Source: Campylobacterota bacterium
GTDB lineage: Bacteria > Campylobacterota > Campylobacteria > Campylobacterales > Arcobacteraceae
Direction of reading: 5' to 3'
Length of the DNA stretch: 47,089 nt
Assembly: GCA_051746405.1 (NCBI GenBank)
Contig: JBNJFB010000016.1
Span: forward strand, 1-47,089
Numbering within the stretch: the stretch's first letter is position 1; each line of letters starts with the position of its first letter. The notes beneath the pieces were generated by a model. That model saw only the letters and a list, made by a program, of their open reading frames with translations. It had not been told where the DNA came from and made no database searches. Both the position numbers and the translations under genes were made by a program. Below, piece by piece: positions 27,905-38,202 of the stretch.

Positions 27905-28846
27905 TTGGGTCTTTTATCAAAAAGTATAAAATATAGTTTTTTAGCTTCATTATTTGTGGGGACTTTTATTTTTACAGGTTGTTCCTCAAAAACAAACTCT
28001 TACGCAACCACTCCAGGTGGAAGTACTGATATAGATCAGGTTTATAAATATACCCCAGATAAAAATATTAGGAATTCAAAAGCTATGCATAGGGCAACTC
28101 TTCGTTCTTATAGTGTATTTGGTGTTAGGTATTACCCTAAAATTGCAAAACTAGGTGAAGAGTTCACAGGAATTGCTTCTTGGTATGGACCAAACTTCCA
28201 TGCAAAGAAAACATCAAATGGTGAGACTTACGATATGTATGCAATGACTGCAGCTCATAAAACCTTGCCTATGAATACAATGGTTAGAGTTGATAATCTT
28301 GAAAATAATAAGAGTGTAATTGTAAGAATCAATGATAGGGGTCCTTTTGTGGCAGGAAGAATTATTGATTTATCAAATAAAGCTGCCCATTCTATTGATA
28401 TGGTTAAAAAAGGTACTGCAAAAGTAAAAGTTACAGTACTAGGTTATAATGGTGAAATCCAAAATAGTCAAGCTCCTTATGCACAAGAACCAAAAACAGT
28501 AAGAAATGATAAACCAAAACTTGGCAAAAAAATAAGAAAGCCAGTAGAAGTTAAAGAGAGCATTAATGCAATAGAACCTGTTACAATAGAAGAAAAAACA
28601 GTAAAAACATTGCCTATTGGAAGTTTCAAAATACAGCTTGGTGCATTTAGTAAACTAAATGGAGCTCAAACTACTAAAGCAAAATATGAACAGTATGCAA
28701 CGGATAAATACAATGTAGAGGTTCAAAAAGTATTTTCAAATGATAGGTATTTACATAAAGTATTTATTACAGGTTTTGATTCATATGACCATGCACAGCT
28801 TTTCAAAGAAGCAAACAGTTTAAATGGAATAATATTAGAAAAGTAG
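27905..28846 (+). CDS. rlpA: Septal ring lytic transglycosylase RlpA lipoprotein with SPOR domain
   Basis: Lipobox FTGC, GIASWYG, TAAHKTLP, INDRGPF, IIDLS, C-terminal IQLGAFS. Confidence 0.93.
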   Translation: MGLLSKSIKYSFLASLFVGTFIFTGCSSKTNSYATTPGGSTDIDQVYKYTPDKNIRNSKAMHRATLRSYSVFGVRYYPKIAKLGEEFTGIASWYGPNFHAKKTSNGETYDMYAMTAAHKTLPMNTMVRVDNLENNKSVIVRINDRGPFVAGRIIDLSNKAAHSIDMVKKGTAKVKVTVLGYNGEIQNSQAPYAQEPKTVRNDKPKLGKKIRKPVEVKESINAIEPVTIEEKTVKTLPIGSFKIQLGAFSKLNGAQTTKAKYEQYATDKYNVEVQKVFSNDRYLHKVFITGFDSYDHAQLFKEANSLNGIILEK

Positions 28847-28852
28847 GAAAGA

Positions 28853-29428
28853 ATGACACAACTAAATAGGGATACAAAAGAGACAAAAATAAAATGTACA
28901 ATTGATACTGTTAATTCAACTGGAAAATCAAATATAGATACAAAGGTTGGATTTTTTGACCATATGCTTGAGGCTTTATCAAAACATAGTGCTATAGATA
29001 TAGATTTAAAGTGTGATGGAGATTTACATATAGATGCACATCATACTGTTGAAGATTGTGGAATTGTTTTAGGAAAGGCATTGAAAAAAGAGATTTTTCC
29101 AATACAAGCAGTTGAAAGATATGGAAATGCAACAGTAGTTATGGATGAAGCAGCCCTAACTTGTGCATTGGACTTATCAAATAGACCCTATTTGGTTTAT
29201 GAAGTTGATGTAAGTGGAAAAGTAGGTGAGTTTGATGTGGAATTAGCCGAAGAGTTTTTCCATGCAGTATGTAAAAATGCTGGTCTTACAGTACATATTA
29301 TTCAAGATAGGGGAAGAAATAAACATCATATTTTAGAGGCTGCTTTTAAAGCATTTGCAGTAGCACTTAGAAGGGCATTAGCAAAAAATGAGAAGTTAGG
29401 TATTCCAAGTACAAAAGGTATTTTATGA
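28853..29428 (+). CDS. hisB: Imidazoleglycerol-phosphate dehydratase
   Basis: FFDHML, DAHHTVED, NKHHILEAAFKA, PSTKG. Confidence 0.96.
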   Translation: MTQLNRDTKETKIKCTIDTVNSTGKSNIDTKVGFFDHMLEALSKHSAIDIDLKCDGDLHIDAHHTVEDCGIVLGKALKKEIFPIQAVERYGNATVVMDEAALTCALDLSNRPYLVYEVDVSGKVGEFDVELAEEFFHAVCKNAGLTVHIIQDRGRNKHHILEAAFKAFAVALRRALAKNEKLGIPSTKGIL

Positions 29429-29922
29429 TAAAGCTAATTGTTTTAGATGTTGATGGTACATTAACTAATGGAAAAATCACATATACAAATAGTGGTGATG
29501 AAATAAAATCTTTTGATGTATCAGATGGTTTAGCAATATCCACATGGACTAAGAAGCTTAATTTAAAAGCAGCAATTATTACAGGTAGAACTTCAACAAT
29601 AGTTGAAAAAAGAGCAGAAGATTTAAAAATAACACATCTTTATCAAAAAGTTCATAATAAAGATGAAGTATTAGAAAATATCTTAAAACAAGAGGGCTTA
29701 AGCTGGGATGAAGTTGCAGTTATTGGTGATGATTTAAATGATTATAAGATGTTAAAAAAAGCTAAAATCTCTTTTACTCCTGCAAATGGAACTTCATATC
29801 TAAAAGATTTTGTTGATGTTGTTTGTGAAAAAAAAGGTGGTGAGGGTGCTGTAAGAGAGATGATTGAGTATATAGTAAAAAAGCAGAGTTTACAGCAGGA
29901 GTTTTTAGAAGCATGGGTATAA
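29425..29922 (+). CDS. kdsC: KDO-8-phosphate phosphatase (HAD)
   Basis: LDVDGTLTNG, IITGR, GDDLND, GGEGAVRE. Confidence 0.92.
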   Translation: MIKLIVLDVDGTLTNGKITYTNSGDEIKSFDVSDGLAISTWTKKLNLKAAIITGRTSTIVEKRAEDLKITHLYQKVHNKDEVLENILKQEGLSWDEVAVIGDDLNDYKMLKKAKISFTPANGTSYLKDFVDVVCEKKGGEGAVREMIEYIVKKQSLQQEFLEAWV

Positions 29923-30443
29923 AGCTTTTTGTAACTATCACTTTTTTAATATCATTGGGTTTTTATTTTTTACCCGTAGCAAATGATACTACTAAAGAAG
30001 ATGTAAAAGATATACCATTAATAGAGTTTGATAATCCAAAAATGTTTACTCTAAACAAAACTGATTTGACAAAAATTGTATTGGCAAAAAAAGCAATAAG
30101 ATATGCAAGTAGAGATGAGATGTTTGAAGGTGATATAACTTTAAAAAATCAAAATAAAAACCAAGACTACACACTTGAAAACATAAGTGCAGATCTTATA
30201 ATAAGCCAAGGTAATATCTTGACTTTTAAAAATAATGTAAACTATAGAAGAGATGGGTTTGTTAATCTAAAAACAGAAGAGTTATACTATAATACAAAAC
30301 AGCAAACCGCTTATAATAGTGTGGACTATAAGGGTTGGTACTATGATAATTATGTTACAGGTTCAAACTTATATGTTGATAGTGTAAATAAGAAGATAAA
30401 GTCACAAAATTCACACTTTGAAATAAATATGAAAAATAATTAG
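29913..30443 (+). CDS. lptC: LPS export protein LptC-like
   Basis: N-terminal TM anchor, beta-rich body (LKTEELYYN), between kdsC and lptA. Confidence 0.7.
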   Translation: MGIKLFVTITFLISLGFYFLPVANDTTKEDVKDIPLIEFDNPKMFTLNKTDLTKIVLAKKAIRYASRDEMFEGDITLKNQNKNQDYTLENISADLIISQGNILTFKNNVNYRRDGFVNLKTEELYYNTKQQTAYNSVDYKGWYYDNYVTGSNLYVDSVNKKIKSQNSHFEINMKNN

Positions 30444-30455
30444 TAAAGGTAAATA

Positions 30456-30944
30456 ATGAAAATTTTAGCTGGATTATTAGTGTGTAGTACACTACTTTTT
30501 TCACAGACACAAAAGCTTATAATTGATGCACAGAAGTTTGAAGCAGATGATAAAAAAGGTATCTCTTCATTTGATGGAAATGTTAAAATGGAGATGGGGA
30601 AAGATAAGCTAGCTGCAAATAGTGTTGATATTTATTTTCAAACAGATAAAAAAACTGGTAAAAAAACACCTTTAAAATATATAGCAACAGGTAGTGTTAA
30701 TTTTGAGATAGTAAGTAAGGATAAACACTATAAGGGAAAAGGTAAAAAGGTTATTTACTATCCTTCAAAGCAAGAGTATACAGTAGTAGGAAATGGTTTT
30801 ATTGAAGAGTTAAAAAATAATAGAAAAATATATGGTGATAGAATTTATGTGAACCAAGTTACAGGTGAAGCCAAAGTAGAAGGTAGTAAAAAAGAGCCAG
30901 TTAGATTTATAATTGATATTGAACAAGGAAAGAAAAAAGAATGA
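30456..30944 (+). CDS. lptA: LPS transport periplasmic protein LptA
   Basis: Signal peptide, FDGNV, ATGSVNF, YGDRIYVN OstA-like pattern. Confidence 0.85.
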   Translation: MKILAGLLVCSTLLFSQTQKLIIDAQKFEADDKKGISSFDGNVKMEMGKDKLAANSVDIYFQTDKKTGKKTPLKYIATGSVNFEIVSKDKHYKGKGKKVIYYPSKQEYTVVGNGFIEELKNNRKIYGDRIYVNQVTGEAKVEGSKKEPVRFIIDIEQGKKKE

Positions 30945-31552
30945 GAATAGTAGAATCTACATTTATGAAATCAGCTCAAGGTATAGCAGACTCACCACCT
31001 CCTGATGTTGCAGAAGTTGCTTTTTTAGGAAGAAGTAATGTGGGTAAGTCTTCACTTTTAAATACATTGACAAATAGAAAAGGGCTAGCAAAGTCTTCAT
31101 CAACACCTGGTAAAACACAACTTTTAAACTATTTTCATATTAAGTTTAAAACACAAAGTGAACAGTTGCCTCATCTTTATGCAAGATTTGTTGATTTACC
31201 TGGATTTGGATATGCAAGGGTTTCAAAAAGTATAAAAGCTGCATGGAATAAGAATTTGACAGCTTATTTAGAACAAAGATCAAACCTACAGGTTTTTGTG
31301 CATTTAATTGATGCACGGCATCCAAATTTGGATATTGATAAGCAAGTGGATGAGTTTTTAAATACGTATAAAAGAGGTGATCAAATAATCATCAATGCTT
31401 TTACGAAAACTGATAAATTAAAACAAAATGATTTACAGAAATTAAAAAGAGCATATCCAGATGGTATTTTTATCTCAAATCTTAAAAAAAGAGGGATGCA
31501 AGACCTTCAAAATGTAATAACAGGACATTTATTTGGAAGTGAAATTTTATAA
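30941..31552 (+). CDS. yihA: Ribosome biogenesis GTPase YihA/YsxC (EngB)
   Basis: GRSNVGKSSLLN, SSTPGKT, DLPGFGY, TKTDKL. Confidence 0.96.
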   Translation: MRIVESTFMKSAQGIADSPPPDVAEVAFLGRSNVGKSSLLNTLTNRKGLAKSSSTPGKTQLLNYFHIKFKTQSEQLPHLYARFVDLPGFGYARVSKSIKAAWNKNLTAYLEQRSNLQVFVHLIDARHPNLDIDKQVDEFLNTYKRGDQIIINAFTKTDKLKQNDLQKLKRAYPDGIFISNLKKRGMQDLQNVITGHLFGSEIL

Positions 31553-31994
31553 ACCTGATGTTTTATACATCCCTGCAATGCAGGATTTAGTAAAAGAAGA
31601 GGTTGAAAAAGGAAATATTCTTTTACGAACAGAAGATGAAATGGCTAATACTATTAGGTCATATACAGTTGTAGAAGTTGATGGTAAATTAGCTGGATTT
31701 ACTGCTTTACATATACACTCATGTAGGTTAGCAGAAGTTAGAAGTCTTATAGTTTCAAAAAACTTTAGAGGTTTAAAACTTGGGCAGAAACTTGTTCAAG
31801 AGTGTATAAATGAAGCAAGGAAATATAAGCTCGAACAACTGTTTTCATTAACTTATGAACAAAAGTTTTTTGAAAGCGTTGGTTTTAAAAAAATAGAAAA
31901 AGAGGATATTCCAGAACACAAAATCTGGGCAGATTGTATAAGATGTAAGCATTTTCCAATTTGTGATGAGATAGCTATGATGTATGATTTATAG
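31533..31994 (+). CDS. GNAT acetyltransferase, short ArgA-like N-acetylglutamate synthase family
   Basis: LAEVRSL, RGLKLG, LTYEQKFF, KIWADCIRC..F..CDE. Confidence 0.8.
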   Translation: MEVKFYKPDVLYIPAMQDLVKEEVEKGNILLRTEDEMANTIRSYTVVEVDGKLAGFTALHIHSCRLAEVRSLIVSKNFRGLKLGQKLVQECINEARKYKLEQLFSLTYEQKFFESVGFKKIEKEDIPEHKIWADCIRCKHFPICDEIAMMYDL

Positions 31995-32004
31995 TTTTTA
32001 ATTA

Positions 32005-32018
32005 TTGACATATATCAA
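32005..32018. promoter_or_regulatory. FNR/Crp-family binding site upstream of nnrS
   Basis: TTGAC-ATAT-ATCAA, one mismatch to TTGAT-N4-ATCAA; same flanks as the site at 600-613. Confidence 0.7.
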
Positions 32019-32035
32019 TGATAATAGTTATCATT
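32017..32035. promoter_or_regulatory. Fur-box-like palindrome
   Basis: AATGATAAT-A-GTTATCATT; one mismatch to the 7-1-7 TGATAAT-N-ATTATCA consensus. Confidence 0.55.
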
Positions 32036-32069
32036 TATTGTAATATTTCTTTAAAACAAAGGAATATTT

Positions 32070-33248
32070 ATGCAGTTCTCGCAAACACCAGATTTCACAG
32101 TGAATAATAAAACTTGGTGGCAAAAATTTAAATCTCAACCCCACCAACTCTTTTTTATTTCAGCTATCTTTTTTTCTATTCTTATTATGAGTATGACACT
32201 TTTTATTTTAAGTGGTAATTTTAATCTTGAATTTTCAATCGTACATAGTTTTGGATTAAACTATGCAGTTTTTACGAATGCTTTCTTAGGCTTTTTAATA
32301 ACAGTGATGCCTAAATACAATGGTACACCACAGATAGAAGAGAATAAATATATATTACCTTGGGTACTATTTCAAATAGCTATTTTAATAACTCTTTTTA
32401 TAAACGAGCTTGTTGGTAAGGCTCTTTTAGCTTTTGTAATGTTCTATTTTAGTATTCTGTTTTTTAAGATTATAAAAAATTCAAATGCTTTTGAAAAAAC
32501 TGATTCAATAATCATAAATACAGTATTTACTTTTGGAGCATCTCTTTTACTTGTAGAGGCTTTTACAAGTATAAATCTATCCTATATAGTTTTTTATGGA
32601 TATTTGTTAAATACAGTGTTTATTGTTGCTTTAAGAATGGTTCCTATGTTCTATTTTAATATTACAGGTGTAAAACCTTGGAAAAAACCTAAGTTTTTAA
32701 GAGAGTCTGCTGCAATACTTTTTGTTCTTATTGGTGTAGCTTCACAGTTTGAATTAAATTTTTTGTTAAAAATTGTTAGTTTTATTTCACTTGTTCTATT
32801 TTCATATATTATTGTAAAGTTAAACTTTTATAAAAAAACACCTGCAATACTGTCTGTGGCTACATACTCATTTTTTTGGTTGCTATTAGGTTTTATAGTT
32901 TTATTTATTGAAAGTTTTTTAGAGCTTGAGAGTTTAAAACTCTCAATGCATATTTTTGCAGTGGGATATATTACTACTTTATTAATTGGGTTAGGAAGTA
33001 GAGTATCATTAGGTCATGCAGTTCCAGCTCAACCTATTAAAGCAGATAAAATAACTGTTTATCTATTTTTATTTACTCAAATGGTTGTTCTTTTGAGAAT
33101 AGGTGCTTCTTTAGGCTTTATAGCTAATATAAGCTTTTTTATGAATCTATTGTATATAAGTAGTATAGCTTGGGTATTGTTATTTATTTTATGGAGTTTA
33201 AGATATGCAAAAATACTTCTAAGAGTAGAAAAAATTAAATTAAAATAG
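32070..33248 (+). CDS. nnrS: NnrS-family membrane protein
   Basis: PHQLFF, HSFG..FLGFLITVMP, RMVPMF, HIFAVG, RVSLGH motifs; polytopic. Confidence 0.82.
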   Translation: MQFSQTPDFTVNNKTWWQKFKSQPHQLFFISAIFFSILIMSMTLFILSGNFNLEFSIVHSFGLNYAVFTNAFLGFLITVMPKYNGTPQIEENKYILPWVLFQIAILITLFINELVGKALLAFVMFYFSILFFKIIKNSNAFEKTDSIIINTVFTFGASLLLVEAFTSINLSYIVFYGYLLNTVFIVALRMVPMFYFNITGVKPWKKPKFLRESAAILFVLIGVASQFELNFLLKIVSFISLVLFSYIIVKLNFYKKTPAILSVATYSFFWLLLGFIVLFIESFLELESLKLSMHIFAVGYITTLLIGLGSRVSLGHAVPAQPIKADKITVYLFLFTQMVVLLRIGASLGFIANISFFMNLLYISSIAWVLLFILWSLRYAKILLRVEKIKLK

Positions 33249-33267
33249 CCTAAATAGGCTATTTTAA
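33240..33267. terminator. Bidirectional terminator overlapping both convergent stop codons
   Basis: Perfect 12-bp inverted repeat TTAAAATAGCCT-AAAT-AGGCTATTTTAA. Confidence 0.75.
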
Positions 33268-33534
33268 TACTAGTCGTAAGTATACTTTGTATTTTAGTTT
33301 ATCAAGTTTTATAGATAAATCTTCAATATTTTGTGCTTCTAGTCTAGATAGCATTTTTTTATAGTCTCTAACTTTTTCATCAGTGATATCTACGATTAGT
33401 AAATCTTTACTTGAAAATGATTTACTATTTACCACATCAATCATCTCTTGAATACTCTCTTTTGTAACTTTTTTGTATAGCTTACCGTTTCTATGATAAA
33501 CCTTATCAAAGTAACCTTGTTCTTCAAAACTCAT
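33259..33534 (-). CDS. Hypothetical protein
   Basis: 91-aa ORF with AAGGG RBS and shared terminator; no recognised motif. Confidence 0.6.
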   Translation of the reverse strand: MSFEEQGYFDKVYHRNGKLYKKVTKESIQEMIDVVNSKSFSSKDLLIVDITDEKVRDYKKMLSRLEAQNIEDLSIKLDKLKYKVYLRLVLK

Positions 33535-33603
33535 AAGTTTGCCCTTTTTTTATTTAATACTTTTATTTATATTTTATCATAACTATTATTATAGTATTGA
33601 AGT

Positions 33604-34098
33604 TTAATCAACCCACCACATCCTAGCATAAAGTCCAAAGGTTGAAGTATATCCCACTTCACTAAATTTTAATATCTTATTTTCATCATAAATAAGTGTT
33701 GTAGGAAATGCTTTGATATTAAAGTTTCTTGAGTAGAAGCCATCTTTATCATTTACTACTTTGAAACTTAGGTTATGTTTTTTTAGATAGTTTTGTATAT
33801 CTTTTTTTGAACCAGATTGTGTGGCTATTGTGATTACTTCATACTTTTTTGAAAGTTTCTCTATATTTTTAGCTTCAAACTCACAAATAGGGCACCAAGT
33901 AGCCCAAAAGTGAACTATTATGGGCTTATTTTTTGGGATATTATATCTTGTATCATCTAAGAGCTTAAAAGAGTTAAAAGAGAGGTTTTCTTTGTTTAAA
34001 TCTTTTGATTTATAGTAGCTTATAATATTTAGAGCAATAATAACTATTATTGAAAATTTTATTATCTCTTTTACATATTTTTTTAGTTTTGGATTCAT
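33604..34098 (-). CDS. Membrane-anchored TlpA/redoxin-type thioredoxin-fold protein
   Basis: N-terminal TM, VHFWATWCPIC, FPTT. Confidence 0.88.
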   Translation of the reverse strand: MNPKLKKYVKEIIKFSIIVIIALNIISYYKSKDLNKENLSFNSFKLLDDTRYNIPKNKPIIVHFWATWCPICEFEAKNIEKLSKKYEVITIATQSGSKKDIQNYLKKHNLSFKVVNDKDGFYSRNFNIKAFPTTLIYDENKILKFSEVGYTSTFGLYARMWWVD

Positions 34099-34115
34099 TT
34101 GCTTTTGCCTTTTTT

Positions 34116-34147
34116 ATCTTACTTTAGGCAAAGCCTAAAAGTAAGAT
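34116..34147 (-). terminator. Stem-loop after the RND operon
   Basis: ATCTTACTTT-AGGC-AAA-GCCT-AAAAGTAAGAT; no strong U-tail on the minus strand. Confidence 0.5.
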
Positions 34148-34183
34148 GAGATTTTAGCAGTTATATGTATACTTTTTGTTTAG

Positions 34184-35842
34184 TTATAGAACTTTATGAA
34201 TATGGTTTTTTATAATCACAGGTACAAAAAACATTGATACAACATAAGAGATTAATGTACCACCAATTAAAGCAACACCAAGTCCACCAAATACAGCATC
34301 AGTTGCAAGAAGCGAAGATGCAAACACCATTGTTAAAACTGTTAGAATAATAGGTTTTGATCTTGTCGCAGTAGCTTGAGCTATGGCTCTGTTTTTTTCC
34401 ATATTTTCATTTTTTATTAATATTCTTGTAAAATCAATAATAAGTGTAGAGTTTCTTGAATTAATTCCAATAAGTCCAATAAATCCTATAAGTGATGTGG
34501 CAGTTAGATAGAATGTATCATGTGTAAAAAAGTCCATAACAATATGAGCAAAAATAACACCTATAATTGAAATAAAACTAGCTAGCACAATTCCCCCTGA
34601 AATAGCAAAACTCTTATAGTACATTACCATCAAAAAGAAGATTAAAACCAATGCTATAATAAATGCACCACCTAAGTCTCTAAAAGTATCAAGTGTTACT
34701 CTAAGCTCCCCATCAAAAACCACATCAAATCTCTGTTTTGTCTCTTTATCAATAAAAGCAAGATTTAGCATATCTGTTCTTTTTACCTCATAGTTTTTAC
34801 CTAAGTCTTCATACATTTGATCTCTTGCATCTAGCAATGGATAGATTTGACTATCTTTATCTGTTTCAGCAATTACATTTATCATATTATTTAAGTTTTT
34901 TGAAGTTATTTCTGGTTCTTTTATTACCTCTTTTATTGTAACAAACTCCGAAAAGCTTATCATATTACCTTGCTTATTCATAAGTTTTAGTGTATGAAGC
35001 TTGTTTTGAAGAGATTTTTTTGTATTATCTTTTAGAAGTCTTGAGTCATCTAGTCTTAAAAATATTGGGATTTGATTTTCAGCTTTTTCTTCATTTACTA
35101 CTGATATTGGCATACCCTCATATGCTATGTATAAAATATTTTTTATTTGGTCTAGTTCAACTTGACTTTTTATGATTTTGTTATTATCAAGTTGCAGCTC
35201 ATATTTTATATAATCACTTGTAGCCATAATATCAATATCTACTAAAGTAGCTTGCTCTTTTAAGATTTTTGCAATTTTTTTTGAAAACTCTCTTCTTGAT
35301 TCAAAGTCTTTACCCCCATAAACTTCTGCAACTATTGAAGCTAGTACAGGTGGTCCTGCGGGGAGTTCTATAAACTTGATTGTAGCTTCATCAAAATTAC
35401 ATTTGAGTTTTACTTTATCTCTTAGTTTTGATACTAAGTTATAGCTTGTGATATCTCTATTTGTAGCTCTTTTGATATTTATCATCATTTCAGCTTGCCA
35501 TTGCTTATCTTTTAGAGCACTTTGCTTAACCAATGCAGCAAAATCTAAAGGTTGTCCCTCACCTAGAAAAACAGAAATATTTGTGACATTTTTATTTTTT
35601 TGAAGTTCATTTGATATACACTGGGTTACCTCTTTTGTTTTATGCATACTACTTCCATCTTTTAGGTTTACATAAACAGAAAAACTATCTGAGTCTTTAC
35701 TTGGTAGCATCTTAGCTTTTGTGATTTCAGTGGGAAATGTAGCCACACTTAAAATAAATAGAATAAGCGTTATAAGATATACTAAAAAAGATTTTAGCTT
35801 TGATTCTAAAATACTATATATAAATTTCTCTAATTTCATCAT
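34184..35842 (-). CDS. RND efflux permease, C-terminal half of a split AcrB-family transporter
   Basis: GPPVLA, FDGE, SLIGFIGLIGINSRNSTLIIDF, RSKPIILT, GGTL. Confidence 0.88.
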   Translation of the reverse strand: MMKLEKFIYSILESKLKSFLVYLITLILFILSVATFPTEITKAKMLPSKDSDSFSVYVNLKDGSSMHKTKEVTQCISNELQKNKNVTNISVFLGEGQPLDFAALVKQSALKDKQWQAEMMINIKRATNRDITSYNLVSKLRDKVKLKCNFDEATIKFIELPAGPPVLASIVAEVYGGKDFESRREFSKKIAKILKEQATLVDIDIMATSDYIKYELQLDNNKIIKSQVELDQIKNILYIAYEGMPISVVNEEKAENQIPIFLRLDDSRLLKDNTKKSLQNKLHTLKLMNKQGNMISFSEFVTIKEVIKEPEITSKNLNNMINVIAETDKDSQIYPLLDARDQMYEDLGKNYEVKRTDMLNLAFIDKETKQRFDVVFDGELRVTLDTFRDLGGAFIIALVLIFFLMVMYYKSFAISGGIVLASFISIIGVIFAHIVMDFFTHDTFYLTATSLIGFIGLIGINSRNSTLIIDFTRILIKNENMEKNRAIAQATATRSKPIILTVLTMVFASSLLATDAVFGGLGVALIGGTLISYVVSMFFVPVIIKNHIHKVL

Positions 35843-35848
35843 TTTACC

Positions 35849-37423
35849 TTATAAGAACTTTTTTATTAAATATGGTGTGAATGCATAAGCAATTAACAGT
35901 GAAGCTACTAGTGCAATTGGTACAAATACAGGAAGAGGGTTCATAAATTGACCCATCATGCCACCTACAAAAAACATTGGTAAAAATGTCATAATAATAG
36001 CTATAGTAGCAACATTTGTAGCGTTTCCTATCTCATTTGTAGCATTTATTGCAATTATTTCAATATCACCATTTTTACTCTCTTTTCTATGTCTATGAAT
36101 ATTTTCTATTACAATAATTGCAGCATCAACTAGCATACCAAGGGATACAATAAGTGCAAATAGGGTTATTCTATTAACTGTTTCATCTAAAATAAACCCA
36201 ATAAATAAAGTAAGAGATAGAATCATAGGAACAGTAAGAGATACTATCATAGCCTCTTTAAATCCTAGAGTTAAAATCAATAGTATTGCAATAATTACAA
36301 TAGATATCAATAAGCTTTGAACCAAAGAGTTAACTGCTTCATTTGCTGTATAGCCATCATCTCTTGTAATTGTATAGGATATGTTTTTATCAAGAAGTTC
36401 TTGTTTTATACTATCCATATATTTAAAAACCTCTTCATTTATCGTAACAGAGTTAGCACCTTTTAGTTTAGAAACAGTCATGGTAACTTGTTGTAGTTTA
36501 TCAAACTTTCCATTATCTTTTTTTGTATATAAAACAGCCTCTTTTTTATTTTGTATGTCGTAGGTTTTTTCTACTTTTGCCACATCTTTTAAATATATAG
36601 CAGAGCTATTTCTATAAGTTATTATAATATTTTCAATATCTTTTGTTGTTTTTATTGCATCTGCTATTGAGAATACTACTAATTCATTTTTTGAAGTATC
36701 AGTTTGAATATTTGGTGTTTTATATGACAAACCTTTTATACGTTTGCTTATTTGTCCAAGGGATAGATTATAAGAAGAGAGTTTTTTTGCATCTACTAAA
36801 ATATTATATTGCTCTTTTTTTTCACCTTTTAAGTCAACTAAAGCTACATTTTCAATTTTATTAACCTCTTTAGTAATTTTATTAACCTCTTTATATAACT
36901 GTGTTTGGGAAATAGCATCTTTTCCATCAATTTGTTTAGAGTAAAAAGCAATAGTTGCTATTGGAATATCAGTATGAATGTCCATAGTTTTTATAATAGG
37001 TTGTTTTGCACCTTTTGGCATCAAATCCATATTTCTCATAACTTGATCATATAGTTTTAGATTTGATTCATCTTTATCTTCCCCTATGTAGTATTGGGCT
37101 TGAACTATACCAACAGAGTCCCGTGCAAAAGAGTAGATGTGTTCAACACCTTTTATCTCTCTTATCTTTTTTTCTAAAGGTTCTATGATAACTTTTTGTA
37201 TTTCACTTGGTTTTGCACCTGGTAATGCAACAATTACAGAACCACCACTTACTTTTATTTGAGGATTCTCTTCTCTGGGCATAAAAACCAATGAGATATA
37301 TCCAAGTGCAATAATAAAAAATATAGTTATAGGAGTTAAAGGATGATTTATAAAACCTTTTGACAGTTTTCCTGCAATGTTTAAATTATCATCAATTTTT
37401 TTTGAAAAGTTGTTTTCACTCAT
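35849..37423 (-). CDS. RND efflux permease, N-terminal half of a split AcrB-family transporter
   Basis: PREENPQI, LPGA, EPLE, YLKDVA, GMLVDAAIIVIENI, FLPM, TPY. Confidence 0.88.
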   Translation of the reverse strand: MSENNFSKKIDDNLNIAGKLSKGFINHPLTPITIFFIIALGYISLVFMPREENPQIKVSGGSVIVALPGAKPSEIQKVIIEPLEKKIREIKGVEHIYSFARDSVGIVQAQYYIGEDKDESNLKLYDQVMRNMDLMPKGAKQPIIKTMDIHTDIPIATIAFYSKQIDGKDAISQTQLYKEVNKITKEVNKIENVALVDLKGEKKEQYNILVDAKKLSSYNLSLGQISKRIKGLSYKTPNIQTDTSKNELVVFSIADAIKTTKDIENIIITYRNSSAIYLKDVAKVEKTYDIQNKKEAVLYTKKDNGKFDKLQQVTMTVSKLKGANSVTINEEVFKYMDSIKQELLDKNISYTITRDDGYTANEAVNSLVQSLLISIVIIAILLILTLGFKEAMIVSLTVPMILSLTLFIGFILDETVNRITLFALIVSLGMLVDAAIIVIENIHRHRKESKNGDIEIIAINATNEIGNATNVATIAIIMTFLPMFFVGGMMGQFMNPLPVFVPIALVASLLIAYAFTPYLIKKFL

Positions 37424-37426
37424 AAA

Positions 37427-38197
37427 TTAATCCTGTACAATTGGTTGTATAAAAACTTCTGCATACATACCTGGATAAAGTTTTTTATCTTTTGTATCAA
37501 ACTCTACTTTTAATGTAAATGAGTGTGTCATATCCTGTAAACTAGGAATAATAGCTTTAATTTTCCCTTTTGTTTTTAAATTAACTGAGGAGATAAAAAC
37601 ATCCACTTCTTGGTTTAGTTTTACTCTATTTAAGTTACTTTCACTGATTTTTGTTTTTATTTTTAGACTTGATAAATCAGATAAAATAAGTGCAGGAGCA
37701 CCTGGCATAGCCATTTCACCTGCTTTTATTGATTTTTTTATAATAAGTCCATCATTTGGAGCTTTTATCTTTAGATAGTTATATTGAGTATTAATCTCTT
37801 TTAGTTTTGCTTCTATTATTGAAATCATATTTTTCACATTAAGAAGTTGTAGATTTAACTGCTCAACATCATACTTAGGAACTAAATCTTTTTCATATAA
37901 TCTTTTGTATCTATTGTAGTTTCTTTGAATATTAGTTAATTTATTCTTTTGAATCTTTAGATTTAGAAGAATCTCTTTTTTGTTTGAATCAATACTTGAA
38001 GAGTCTATTTTATATAAAAGCTGCCCCTTTTTTACAAAAGAGCCCTCAGATACATACACATTTTCAATAAAGCCCATATTTCTACTTGTTATTACTTTTT
38101 GGTTATCAGATATAATACTACCTGATAGTTCAATCTCTTGAGCATTTAAAAAAGCAAAAGTTGTAAATAAATATATCAATAATCTTTTCATTTTCAT
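37427..38197 (-). CDS. RND periplasmic adaptor (MFP)
   Basis: GFIENVYVSEGSFVKKGQLL, IKAPNDG, LYPGMYA. Confidence 0.9.
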   Translation of the reverse strand: MKMKRLLIYLFTTFAFLNAQEIELSGSIISDNQKVITSRNMGFIENVYVSEGSFVKKGQLLYKIDSSSIDSNKKEILLNLKIQKNKLTNIQRNYNRYKRLYEKDLVPKYDVEQLNLQLLNVKNMISIIEAKLKEINTQYNYLKIKAPNDGLIIKKSIKAGEMAMPGAPALILSDLSSLKIKTKISESNLNRVKLNQEVDVFISSVNLKTKGKIKAIIPSLQDMTHSFTLKVEFDTKDKKLYPGMYAEVFIQPIVQD

Positions 38198-38202
38198 TTC
38201 CC

